Origin: Eledone cirrhosa
Lineage: Eukaryota
Direction: 5' to 3'
Length of the DNA: 64,000 bases
NCBI GenBank assembly: GCA_964016885.1
Contig: OZ024748.1
Location: 27,032,001-27,096,000, forward strand
The notes under the pieces were generated by a model, which searched no databases, was not told where the DNA came from, and saw nothing but the letters and a program-made list of their open reading frames with translations. Position 1 is the first letter of the stretch. Each line of letters begins with the position of its first letter. Below are positions 13,701 through 23,862 of the stretch, piece after piece. Position numbers and translations under genes: made by a program.

Positions 13701-16700
13701 GTGAAACTCAAATGGAAAGGGACACAGATTATGGAGGCTTTAGTTAAAGTTTACGGTACTACTGCTCCAAAGAAAACTGCTGTCTACAAGTGGATTCAGC
13801 GATTCAAACAAGGGAGAGACGACCATCGCAGTGGAAGACCAGGAACATCAAAAAATGACCAAAAACGTTGAGGCTGCTCAGACTTTAATTGAAGATCGAA
13901 GAATAACAGTTAATCAGTTAGCTAAGTCCCTAGACATTTCATATGGTTCGGCAAATTCAATTCTGCACGATAATTTGGGACTAAGCAAGCTTTCAGTGCA
14001 ATGGGTCCCAAAAGCGTTGCACCCTGATCAGCTGATTCTTCGAAGTGATCTGTCTTTGGCGATATTAAACAAAATCGAAGTTGATGAAGAGCATTTCCTG
14101 ACCAGAATCATCACCGGAGATGAAACCTGGATCTACCAGTATGATCCTGAATCCGAACAGCAGTCAAAACAGTGGCTTCCGCGTGGATCATCGGGGCCAA
14201 TCAAGTTCAAATCTCAAAAGTCGGAAAAAAAAGTGATGGCCACCTTTTTCTGGGATTCAGATGGGGTGATACTAATAGATTATCTTGAAGGTCAAAGAAC
14301 TGTGACAGGAGCTTACTATGCAAATGTTTTAAGGAAACTGAAAGAGGCATTAGTCAAGAAACGAAAAGGGAAACTTCATAGTGGGATCTTGTTTGACCAT
14401 GACAATGCACCAGCACATTCTGCGTGGGTTGCAAAAGGAGTTCTTCGAGAATTTCGATGGGAAGTGCTTCCTCACCCGCCTTAGAGTCCAGATTTAGCCC
14501 CATCAGACTTTTTCCTCTTTCCAAAACTCAAAGAAATGCTAAAAGGAACCCGTTTTAGTGGTGTTGAAGAAGCTAAAAACACTGCCAACACATGGCTTCG
14601 AACAAGGCCTTCAACTTTCTTTAGAGACGGCTTACGAAGCTGGAAGCATCGCCTTGTGAAGTGTATTGACCTGGATGGCAACTATGTAGAAAAATAAATT
14701 GAAGGTAAATCATATTTTTTGAAAAATAGAATATTTTCTGAAAAATTCCGCAAACATTTTGATCTCCCCCTCGTATATATATATATATATAAAGAATACA
14801 TACACATAATATAAATATATATATATAATGTAACATATATACATATATAATACTAGCAGTGGTACCCGGCGTTGCACGGGATAAGGTATTTTGAAACGCG
14901 GGCCGCCAATAGACCTAAAAACTGCATGCCTGGACAATATGTAAAGAAAATAAACTGAATACTCTGATGGCTGCATAATCTTTAAGATTTTCCTCGATGA
15001 AACAGGAAAAATGCAGGTTTTCACCTAATGAATCAAGAAAATGAATTTTTTTAATGTGCATAATATGCCTTGAAATTTCGGGAAAATCGGCTAGATGTAA
15101 TGCCTCAAAAAAACCCTAAGAAGCTGAAAAAATGAAGTTTTTCACCTAATGTGGGCCCTAGGCCATAAAAAGTTGGATTTTCTTTGCTCACGGTATGAAG
15201 AAGAGACTGACTAATACATAGTTACAATTTCAAGGAAATCGGTCTGACGTAAAGCCTCAAAAAAACCCTAAAAAGGTTTTAAAAACGCAGATTTTCACCT
15301 AATGCGGGCCCTATGAGATAAAAAAAAGTTGAATGTTTTTATGTGCATAACACTCCCTGAAACATAAGTAATACACATGTAAAGTTTGAAAAAAATCAGT
15401 TGGGTACTTCGAGTTTTAGGGATTCAAACTCACAGACACACACAGAGACAGACATCCTCAGGGAAGTGATGTAATGCAGAAAGTCAGACATACAGACAGA
15501 TATTATAAGGGCGCGACGTTATATGTATGTATCTATCTAAAAAGAGAAAGACTAAGAATTATAGAGCGAGATTATTTTGCTCAGAACACTCCCCGAAACA
15601 TAAGTATTACATATGTAAAGTTTGAAAACAGTTGGTTGGGTGGTTCTCGAGTTTTAGGGATTCAAACTCACACACACACACACACACAGACAGACATCCT
15701 CAGTAGATAATATATATAGCATAACACATATGTATATAATATAGCATATATATATAATATAATATATATAACATAACATATATATAATATAACATAACAT
15801 ATATATATAATATAACATAACATATATATATAATATAACATATATAACATAACATATATATATAATATAACATAACATATATATATAATATAACATAACA
15901 TATATGTATATAATATAACATAACATATATGTATATAATATAACATAACATATATGTATATAATATAACATATGTATACAATATAACATAACATATGTAT
16001 ATAATATAACATATATATATATATAATACTAGCAGATTTACCCGGCGTTGCCTGGGGTTTTGCAATGCAACAAAGAATAAAGAAACAAACACTAATAGTA
16101 ATTTATCTTCAAATGAATCTGATGTTTATATTTCTGTCAATAAGGTTGCTTATCTCCCTCACATCAATTTTGCTACCGATAATTTTGATATCGATTTTTT
16201 ATTGCTCAACGTGGGTCGATTGAAAAAATGTTTGTGATGTGACCATCTTAGCGACTTGTGCAATGTGCACAGAAAATTTGGTCAAATTCGGTTGGCAATT
16301 GTAAAAGCCTTAGGTATCCAAAGTTGTACACAGACACACACACACATCCTCACTTTTATATATATAAAGATTATATATATATACATAATATATATTTAAT
16401 TAGAAAGTGAATAACAATATATAACTACTGCATTACCAAAGGTTTCAGGACACTAGACAAAATTAATATACGTCAAGATCGTTCATCAGACAATGAGGTT
16501 ATCTGTCTGATGAACGATCTAGAGATATATTAATATCGTCTAAGGTCCTGAAACCTTTGGTAATGGAGTAGTTATATATTGGGTTGTTCACTTTTTAATT
16601 AAATAGCTCTGTTCTATACATAGAGCACTCTTTTTTCCTTTGCTTTATCTTCGGAATTACCTAACATATATATATAGCTTGATTGATGATGAGTGCAACC

Positions 16701-19471
16701 AGTTTAGTGCCTACTTCTCCTGATGCCTTCAGTTTCTCAACAACTATCCCTGACGGTCCAGCGGCTTTACCATTTTTCATTTCCTTAATTACCTCTTGGA
16801 CTAATATATATATATAGAATTCAGTTACTGACCTTCACTGTTTTAGGTTTAAAATATACACAACTATAAAAAGTTTTAGTATATACATAACCATAAATAG
16901 TATCCTTAATATTATATATATATATATTTTTTTGTCTTAGTCTCATTCATTCTCAGCCCCACACTCATCGACACAATCTGAACCCCCTGCATCAAATCCT
17001 CTGCCTCCTTCACTGTATTTGTCACCAAAACTATGTCGTTGGCAAATTCAACATCCGATATCTTTTTCGCCTTAACGTATGTTGATGCCCTAAGGACAGA
17101 CACTGGTCTGTTGGAGACGCAGGACATGACAGCGATAATGAGGGACAGAGACCGCTGGAGAGAACTCATCCATGGATCTCGGGAATTTTACCTGCCCTAG
17201 ATATATATCATCATCATCATTTCATTTTACATCCGCTTTTTCCCTGCTTGCAAGGGTGGGATGGGAACTGATTCTGGCTTGATTTCTACAGCTGGATGCA
17301 CTTCCTAACACCAACCTCATTTACAGTGAGTGCTGGGTGCTTTTTTGCCGTGGCACCTCCATGACCACTTTGCAGTGGAATGATAGGGACCCCAGTCCCT
17401 ATCATTTTTACATCTCATTTCTACAGCTGAGTAAACTGGAGCAATGTGAAATAAAGTGTCTTGCTCAAGGAAACAACACATCACTCGGTCTGAGAATTGA
17501 ACTCACAACCTTTCGATTGCAAGGCCAATGCTCTAACCACTAAGCCATGTGCCTCACTCTCTCTCTATATATATCTATATCTATATCTATATTAGTCCAA
17601 GAGGTAATTAAGGAAATGAAAAATGGTAAGGCTGCTGGACCGTCGGGGATAGTTGTTGAGATGCTGAAGGCACCAGGAGAAGTAGGCACTAAACTGGTTG
17701 CACGCATCATCAATCAAGCTATATATGGCAGTGTCATACCCAAAGACTGGTGCAGCAGTATCTTCATAAAATACAAGAATGTCTTGCTAAAGTGGTTTCA
17801 AGTAGTACAGGAACGTTAAGAGTTAATAACGAGAAAATTAGTTATCTTAGTAAATTTCTCCAAATTTTTTATTATTTAAAAAGTATATTTGAAAATCACT
17901 GGTAGTATCTTTCATAAGAAACATGGTAACAAAAGGATTCACATACCATGGTATGGGGATGGAGTTTCATTGACAAACTTCAGAAATTCTTCTGCTGAAG
18001 ACAACACAACATCTCGTGGAAAGGCCTGGAGAAAGAGAGGTAGGAAAAAGATGAATCTACTACTACATTAAACATTAAATATGTTAAAATTAACTTAATT
18101 ATGTATCTATAAACTTGTAACTCTAATTCTCTATATTTTTGTTGGAATGGCAACAGAATTGATAATAATGATATATAATGCTGGTGTTTGTATGTCCAAG
18201 ATGTTGCTAGTATTAGCATCCTATACTATCAATACCCCCCCCCCCCCCTCCCATGATACAAACCTGAACAGTGTGCAGTACCCCAGGTACAATGGACAGT
18301 ATGGATAAAGCATTACCCTGGGGAATAGCAAAGGTGACATATTGAAATAACCATTCCAGCTCACTGACAGTGGTGGTGCTGATGGTGGTGGTGGTGGTGA
18401 TGATGTTGATGGTGAGTATGGTCACAAAAGTGAAGGTGATGATAATGGTGGTAATAATGATTATGTTAGTGATGATGATGTTATTCTTCAGCTCCAGGTC
18501 AGCCCTGTTTGGATCTATGGTCAAAATGTACTCCAGCTTTGACCATCCTGTCTTTTATTCAGAAACAATGTATCTAGGATTACATCATCCAATCCGTCCA
18601 TTTTAAAAAAGACTGTAGGGTGTGGTTTGAACAAGAATTAAATGCTATTTTTAGCAGCTCCAGAGACTTCATATATGCCTACTGATAATGAAAATAGCGA
18701 TTGCTATGATGATGATGATGATATTTTAAATGGGCAGTGGGTATGAACGCACTAAATTTTGTAGACCACCAAAGCTAGCAGTAAATAAATTTTGGCTGGT
18801 TTGAACTCCAACTGACCATATAGAGTTGTCAGCCGAGGTGGTGGGGGACTGGTAAATAGAAAGAACACAAAAGGTTAGTGATTGTAGTTGAGTGGTCAGC
18901 CACCCACACCCTTGTGACTAAGCAGGGCTGTTGGTAGGTCCTGAAAATTAGAAGGGAACGGGCACTCCAAGCAAAAAACATTTTTTTAGTCCGCTTCCTT
19001 CCACCCAAAATTGTCTCGGAAATGTTACCTTTTAATCACGATATCTAGCGTCATTGAAATATGTACAACGGCTCAATTAATAAAGGACTCAAACATTTTC
19101 AACTTCGCATTTTCCTCTTTAATATACTTCGCCATAAGTAATATGACGTTGAGTGCTAGAAGTGAATTGCATCCTTATATACCGAATTTAAAGGAAATTA
19201 CCAGCCGTGTAATTTCTTCAACAGAACAATAATCGACCATAATTAAATTTATAAAACACGTATACATTCCCTAATACATAACAATTTAATGGATTAAGGA
19301 ACAAAGCCGTGTAGGAGCCAAATTTCATTTTTTTTTTTTTTTACATACGAGACATAAAATAAATACGGGCGGTGTACTGAAATGCAATAGTCGAAATAAA
19401 TTGCTATTAGTGATGGTGGAGGTGGTTATGATAATATATTTATATAATAAGAACATTTAAAAACTTACCAT
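1633..19471 (-). CDS. DNPEP: Aspartyl aminopeptidase (peptidase M18), multi-exon gene, 3' end beyond window start
   Basis: 13 exons join in phase via GT-AG introns into 393 codons. M18 motifs present: [77 protein letters not shown]. The C-terminal CGxTIGP/MHSIRE exons are not in the window. Confidence 0.96.
2490..2529 (-). CDS. DNPEP: DNPEP exon 12
   Basis: ttcag|(G)[13 protein letters not shown]|gtaaag. Confidence 0.92.
2572..4433 (-). mobile_element. Cluster of ~7 tRNA-derived Nin/Deu-domain-like SINEs (family A)
   Basis: ~190-bp units; reverse complement has A box TGGCAGTATCGG, B box GAGTTCAAATCC, core GCCTTTCATCCTTAC.GGGTCGATAAAATAAAGTACCAG and a (TTA)n tail; head-to-tail copies at ~3870, 4060, 4250. 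Confidence 0.85.
3061..3379. mobile_element. hAT (Charlie-like) MITE
   Basis: TIRs TAGGGGCATGCAAC / GTTGCACACCCCTG; perfect 8-bp TSD GGTTAGAC at 3053-3060 and 3380-3387. Confidence 0.88.
4470..4624 (-). CDS. DNPEP: DNPEP exon 11
   Basis: aatag|[51 protein letters not shown]+GG|gtaaac. Confidence 0.95.
4745..4825 (-). CDS. DNPEP: DNPEP exon 10
   Basis: tctag|[27 protein letters not shown]|gtaagt. Confidence 0.95.
5146..5223 (-). CDS. DNPEP: DNPEP exon 9
   Basis: tgtag|[26 protein letters not shown]|gtaagt. Confidence 0.95.
5543..5650 (-). CDS. DNPEP: DNPEP exon 8
   Basis: ttcag|[36 protein letters not shown]|gtgagt. Confidence 0.95.
5880..6285 (+). mobile_element. Degenerate LINE RT C-terminal fragment
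   Basis: [32 protein letters not shown]; same family as 9655-10305. Confidence 0.75.
6578..7737 (-). mobile_element. RTE-clade LINE, 5'-truncated (RT to 3' tail)
   Basis: [40 protein letters not shown]; ends in a GGACATAAAATGATGA tail shared with SINE family B. Confidence 0.92.
8257..8582 (-). mobile_element. tRNA-derived SINE with RTE-type tail (family B)
   Basis: Reverse complement: GAGGCACATGGCTTAGTGGTTAGAGC...GAGTTCAATTC head; tail ...GGGAAAAAGCGGACGTAAAATGA; near-identical copies at 17208, 28343, 36110. Confidence 0.85.
8675..8753 (-). CDS. DNPEP: DNPEP exon 7
   Basis: tttag|(L)[26 protein letters not shown]|gtaaga; phase 2 in, phase 0 out. Confidence 0.9.
9655..10305 (+). mobile_element. 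LINE 3' fragment (RT thumb/C-terminus), (AAG)n tail
   Basis: [37 protein letters not shown]. Confidence 0.85.
10331..10455 (-). CDS. DNPEP: DNPEP exon 6
   Basis: gtcag|[41 protein letters not shown]+TT|gtaaga. Confidence 0.95.
11000..11125 (-). CDS. DNPEP: DNPEP exon 5
   Basis: aacag|[42 protein letters not shown]|gtaagt. Confidence 0.95.
12244..12357 (-). CDS. DNPEP: DNPEP exon 4
   Basis: tttag|[38 protein letters not shown]|gtaaat; carries the metal-ligand His motif. Confidence 0.95.
13095..13183 (-). CDS. DNPEP: DNPEP exon 3
   Basis: ttccag|(A)[29 protein letters not shown]|gtatgt. Confidence 0.92.
13497..14773 (+). mobile_element. Full-length mariner (DD34D) DNA transposon, 1277 bp
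   Basis: ~31-bp TIRs CGAGGGGG(A)GATCAAAA(A/T)GTTTGCGGAATTTT flanked by TA; encodes a transposase. Confidence 0.96.
13656..14697 (+). pseudogene. Mariner transposase pseudogene
   Basis: MENSYFEIR...RSGRP, WVPKAL, TGDETW, HDNA-34aa-D; frameshift at ~13860 and TAG at 14482 replacing Tyr of YSPDLAPSD. Confidence 0.93.
14853..15707 (-). mobile_element. Non-autonomous Helitron-like element
   Basis: Minus-strand 3' end CCCGTGCAACGCCGGG hairpin...CTAG|T at 14853; internal ~120-150 bp subrepeats; likely A|TC 5' end at 15707. Confidence 0.65.
15708..16027. repeat. Compound AT-rich microsatellite (ATATA/ACATA)
   Basis: Visible low-complexity tandem repeat. Confidence 0.9.
16029..16370 (-). mobile_element. 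Non-autonomous Helitron (342 bp)
   Basis: Minus strand A|TCTTTATATATATAAAAGTG ... CCAGGCAACGCCGGG hairpin ... CTAG|T; no TSD. Confidence 0.8.
16429..16493 (-). ncRNA. Second, inverted hammerhead ribozyme candidate (DNPEP sense strand)
   Basis: Minus strand TTGT-CTGATGA-ACGATCTTGAC...GTCTAGTGTCCT-GAAACCTTTGGTA-ATGCAG; weaker stem I. Confidence 0.5.
16502..16567 (+). ncRNA. Type I minimal hammerhead ribozyme candidate
   Basis: TCTGT-CTGATGA-[stem II 16514-16549]-GAAA-CC-TTT-GG-TA-ATGGA; GUA cleavage triplet; 5-bp stem I with two G-U pairs. Confidence 0.65.
16675..16810 (-). mobile_element. RTE fragment (KAAGPSG region)
   Basis: Reverse complement of 17588-17725. Confidence 0.75.
17208..17555 (-). 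mobile_element. SINE family B copy
   Basis: High identity to 8257-8582. Confidence 0.85.
17588..17775 (+). mobile_element. RTE fragment
   Basis: [25 protein letters not shown]...IPKDWCSS, the pre-RT region of RTE LINEs. Confidence 0.8.
17947..18025 (-). CDS. DNPEP: DNPEP exon 2
   Basis: ctccag|[26 protein letters not shown]+G|gtatgt. Confidence 0.92.
19469..19471 (-). CDS. DNPEP: DNPEP coding exon 1 (ATG only)
   Basis: Minus strand reads caaaATG|gtaagt; phase 0 matches exon 2, which lacks its own Met. Confidence 0.75.
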
Positions 19472-19543
19472 TTTGAGAAATAAACACGCTCGCAGCTCTG
19501 AAGCTCTCTAATGTGCAACTCCAACCTGACAACCGGCTCTTTC

Positions 19544-19586
19544 TTTATATAATACTTTCTAAATATTCATCCGTCTGACCCGCCCC
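19544..19586 (-). promoter_or_regulatory. Putative DNPEP core promoter (TATA-like box + GC box)
   Basis: Minus strand GGGGCGGG (19579-19586) and TATATAAA (19544-19551), ~75-115 bp upstream of the ATG. Confidence 0.45.
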
Positions 19587-21216
19587 TTCTCTTTTATACT
19601 TTATTGTTATTTGTTTATTTTATAACTAAACATATAATTGAATTATGATACATCATGTGATTTTAAAAAAAGTTTGACATTATCATTATCATGAATCAGC
19701 AAATATTACATGAAAAAATTTACATGTATAGTTCGTATATGCTCTGATCACGGAATATTTTTAATCCGTGTTTGTACTCTCTACCTAAAGTAATCCCTCT
19801 TCGGGTCGGATCGCAATCGATTTCTTTCAGAGAAAGAATCAAAGCCCAGTTTGGACTGATACTTTATCGACCTCGAAAGGTGAAATGTTTGTATATATAT
19901 AAAATAAATAAATAAAAAATAAAGTTACACCCTTTGTGATTATACGACTAATACCGAAGAGAACAGAGGAGACTTGTAGCGAAATCTATTCGCACACACT
20001 GACGCCCAAACGGTACCTAGCTGCATTTTTTTTTATCTGAGTTGATGTCAGTTTGTCTGGAATGGCTGGTCAGCTCGAAGTGAAAGTGAGATAAATTCTT
20101 CAATTCATGACCAGACATTTCACTGCGAACATGCTACAAGCCTGAGCAATTACTTCGTCATCTTCGTCAACAACAACTGCCAGATTCAAAACAGGACATA
20201 CCCCAAAATTACTAAAAAAAACAAAAAAAGGAAGGAAAGCACCGACACACAAAAATCTGAGCTCTTAATTGTTTAGAACAATTCTTTCTTTTTTCTTCTG
20301 TGTTGTATATGAATGTTGACTGTACTGTATTAAATACCTGCATGCACATCGTGTTTTGCAATTGTTTACACACTCTATATTAAATGTTTGCATGCACACG
20401 CAAACTTGATTCATGTAGGGATATTGGGAGATTTTCTAACTCAACTAGTTGACGTAACGGTCTGCAACACTGCCTACATTGAAAGAGACTCGCAAAATAA
20501 AATGAATGAAAAGACGCATTTGTTGCTTGCAATTGCACATATCGCCGATAGGTTTGTGTCAATCTAGTCACAAATTCCCAACTCACTGCGGAATGCACTT
20601 TGTTTTTTTCAGTATATGTTGAACGACTCGGCTGCATATAACTAAAGCCAGCATAAATCTCGATCCCACACATTTTTTTTTTTCAAGTCGTGTTCTGGCA
20701 TTTCGTTACCTCTTTTATTGTCGATCTGGGCGGGGAAGTAATGTAGCGAAATCTAGTTACCATTTCTCTTTTATCTGAGTTGGTGTCAGTTTATCTGGAG
20801 TGGCTTAAGGTGAAAGCGAAATAAGTTCTTCTTTTGTCTGGTTCCTCGGAAGAGAAGCATCACTTCGATCTGCTCAAGCAAGTAGCGAGATGTAGCACTT
20901 AGAAAAAATAAATTTCAGTTCTGTCGACAAATGCCCGACAGCAATTCTTCCATCGGCACTTCAACAACACAGAATCATCTGCCTTATCAGGATCCTCCAG
21001 CAAAACACAAAAGACTTTTCGAACACTGCATTCATTTGTGAGTGCTGTCTTTATACTTTTTTTGATTCGAAGTGATCATATTATTTCCCCCTTTTTAACT
21101 GAAGTGTAGTAAAGTTTTATATCTAATCAAAATTATTGTATGTCTCATGTTTATTTGTTTATTTACCATCCCTCTTTCATAACAACACTAACTTCGCTTC
21201 AGACTTCAATGAATTA

Positions 21217-22143
21217 TCTATATCCTTAAAAAAAGGAAGTTTGTTTGTACGTTGACCGCTAATGACTCTAAATAAATTTGATAATTAAGGCTTTTCGTAT
21301 TTTCAACTAATCTGACCTCCATCAAGCGCGCTGTCGACTTATTTTCTGAAAATGGAAAGGAGGTGGCGAGTTGGGGGGAAAATTTACTGCTGTTTCTAGC
21401 ACACAGATACTGTCTGGTTGTCCCTCCTCTCTCCAGCTAACTAAAACTTTACGTTTTTTTCGTTTGTTGTCAGCTGGTCTGACAAGGAGGGACTTTGTGA
21501 AAGAGTAATCATTGTCCCCAAATACATCACTGAATGCCATCAACAAAATTCCTCACAAATGATCCTTGGTAGTAGCCAGACCTATAAATCTATCGATAAA
21601 GTTGTCGACGAGGTCGATGCTGTCAAATTATCTCGTTGAATTTCTCAACAATCTGTCCAGTATGCTGCCCTACCTTGAATTGGAGAAGGGCATAGTCACC
21701 ATGTTTCTCAGAAACTTAGATCAGCCAAGATTGTGCAATGGGAAGCGTATAGTTATGACTGAACTACAGCCTCACATTATCGAAGCAAACTCCTCACTGG
21801 ATGTGGCAAGGGAAATATCGCATTTATACCTAGAATGCTACTAATACCAACATATGTTCCCTTTAATTTCAAATGAATGCAATTCCCAGTGAGAATCAGT
21901 TACACAATGACCATTAACAGTCAAACCCTGCAGGTTGTCGGCCTCCATCTAGAAGAGGGCTGTTTCTATATGGTCAATTGTATGCAGGTTATTCCAAATT
22001 AGGAAGACCTCTCAAATTCTTCATACATGTTCCAAAGAAAAAAGTTAATATATACTGAAGTTCTGTAAATGTTATGGAAAGCATTGTTGTAGAGAAATTC
22101 CTTCACACACGGATGATCCCCCCCCCCCCCGGATGACACCTAG
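21217..22143 (+). mobile_element. Internally deleted Helitron carrying a PIF1-like helicase C-terminal remnant
   Basis: Frameshifted LELEKGIVTMFLRNLDQPRLCNGKR...IPRM...QFPVRISYTMTIN..SQTLQVVGLHLEEGCF.YGQLY (~21650-22010); candidate A|TCTATA 5' end and CTAG|T 3' end. Confidence 0.8.
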
Positions 22144-23375
22144 TTGTCGTTTCACTATTATCGGAGTTGACGTCAGTTTGAGATGAAAAGAAAATAACTT
22201 TTGTTTTCAGTCAGTCTACTCTGGTCCCCGGAAAGAGACAATTCAGACCGACCTGCTCAAGCAACTAGCAAGCTGTAGCACTTCGCAAAACACTTCGGCC
22301 CTCTCGACAAGGGTTCCGCAACATTCTTCCATCTGCAATTCAACACATCAACGAAGTTGAATCGAGGTACCCGAGCCACGCAAGTCACATGCAACATCTC
22401 TCCACCCTGCTTGTTGGCAGGCAGAGCGCACTAGCGGTCTCCCACTTATATAGTGGATGAGTGAGTGTGATCTTTGGCAGTACTGTGTGAGAACTCCATA
22501 TACGTCAGCTCCATCAGACCTCGCCAGCGATGTATAGTCTAATCATAACCGCGAGACTTTCGAGGACTAAATGAGTATAAAGGAATTTTTGTGAAAGAAC
22601 ATAGAGAGAGACGTTATAATATTAAAAAAAAAATGATTATGAGGTAAAAAAAATCATACCCAGCAAACTTAATAAAGTAGGTGCTAGCATACTTGATGGA
22701 GTAAGCTATAAGTCGCGCTTTCTTTGTGTTTATAGTGTTTGGGTTTCACGCTTTGATCCGTACGTAAGCGATATAAAAAGTCTGTCTCGAGCCCGGATGA
22801 GCATCAGGGTGGTGCTTTTTCGGGTTTCCGATATATTTCACGCATGTGGTAGTGATTTTTGTTATCACGCGACACCTCCAGCGTGTATATTTGTTTACAA
22901 CACCGATATTTATAGAAAGTGAATATCGAAATTACTAACCCGTCCTATGAAGTAGCACACTGCTGATACGATTAATAAAAAAAAACTACGATTTATCTAC
23001 GAGTATAAACGGTAATTTAGAAAATTATAATTGAATCGGAGGAGGGTGATAAAGGAAAAATGCTGAAGAACATCTGGTAAAAAATTTCAGACTAACAGTT
23101 AGTTATTTTTTCGATTGGTGATATAAGCGGCTATTTTTAAATGTCTCGATTATCGATCATTGAAATAATAATAAAAAATCTAAAGAAATAAACAAAATAA
23201 AAGAGAATGTATATTTTCACAACTAAAACCAATATTTTCCATGATTAATTATCAGGAATAACGATAAGAGTGACTAATACAATTTTGGTGACAAACTATT
23301 GTCATGACACATTTGTCGTTGTCGTAAACGACTTTCCTTGTCTTTAGATGCACTTTTGTGTTTATTTTTCTGACA

Positions 23376-23800
23376 ATGGCAGGCCTTTACATTTCTCCGT
23401 TAACCGACCCGACCCATTCTTTGGAATCTCACACATCGGACATCAACGGACTTACTTTTTCTAAACATGTCATGGCTAGCTGTGCAGGTGACAAAACCGT
23501 CAGGTTGTGGTCGTATCCCGGATTCGTAGAACTATGTCCGCTTTCACCCCTCTTAGGACATTCTCTCTATGTAAACTCTTGTGCATTTAATCCCTCTGGA
23601 ACTTTACTGGCATCTTGTTCAACAGACGGTAAACTTATAGTTTGGAATCTAAACACAGGACAACAAGAAGCTGCCACCGAGCACAAGTCAAAAGGTGGTA
23701 TACGGGTGTGTAAGTTTTCGCCGAACGGTTTTTACCTCGTGTCAGGAAGTGATGACGAAACATTATGTATTTGGGAAGCTTCTTCTTTACATTTCATAAC
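23376..23800 (+). CDS. WDSUB1: WDSUB1 coding exon 1 (WD40 repeats)
   Basis: acaATGG start; MAGLYISP...WEASSLHFI+AC|gtaagt. Confidence 0.93.
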
Positions 23801-23818
23801 GTAAGTTTAAAAAAAAAA

Positions 23819-23862
<44 letters not shown>

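Noticed and set aside
13831-14484. SETMAR-like host gene
   Set aside because: No SET domain; bounded by TIRs and TA, with a frameshift and premature stop, so it is a transposon copy.
15654-16092. Tyr/Ile/Cys-rich ORFs (similar ones at 4884-5236, 29111-29385, 35235-35837, 61924-62568)
   Set aside because: Translations of microsatellites.
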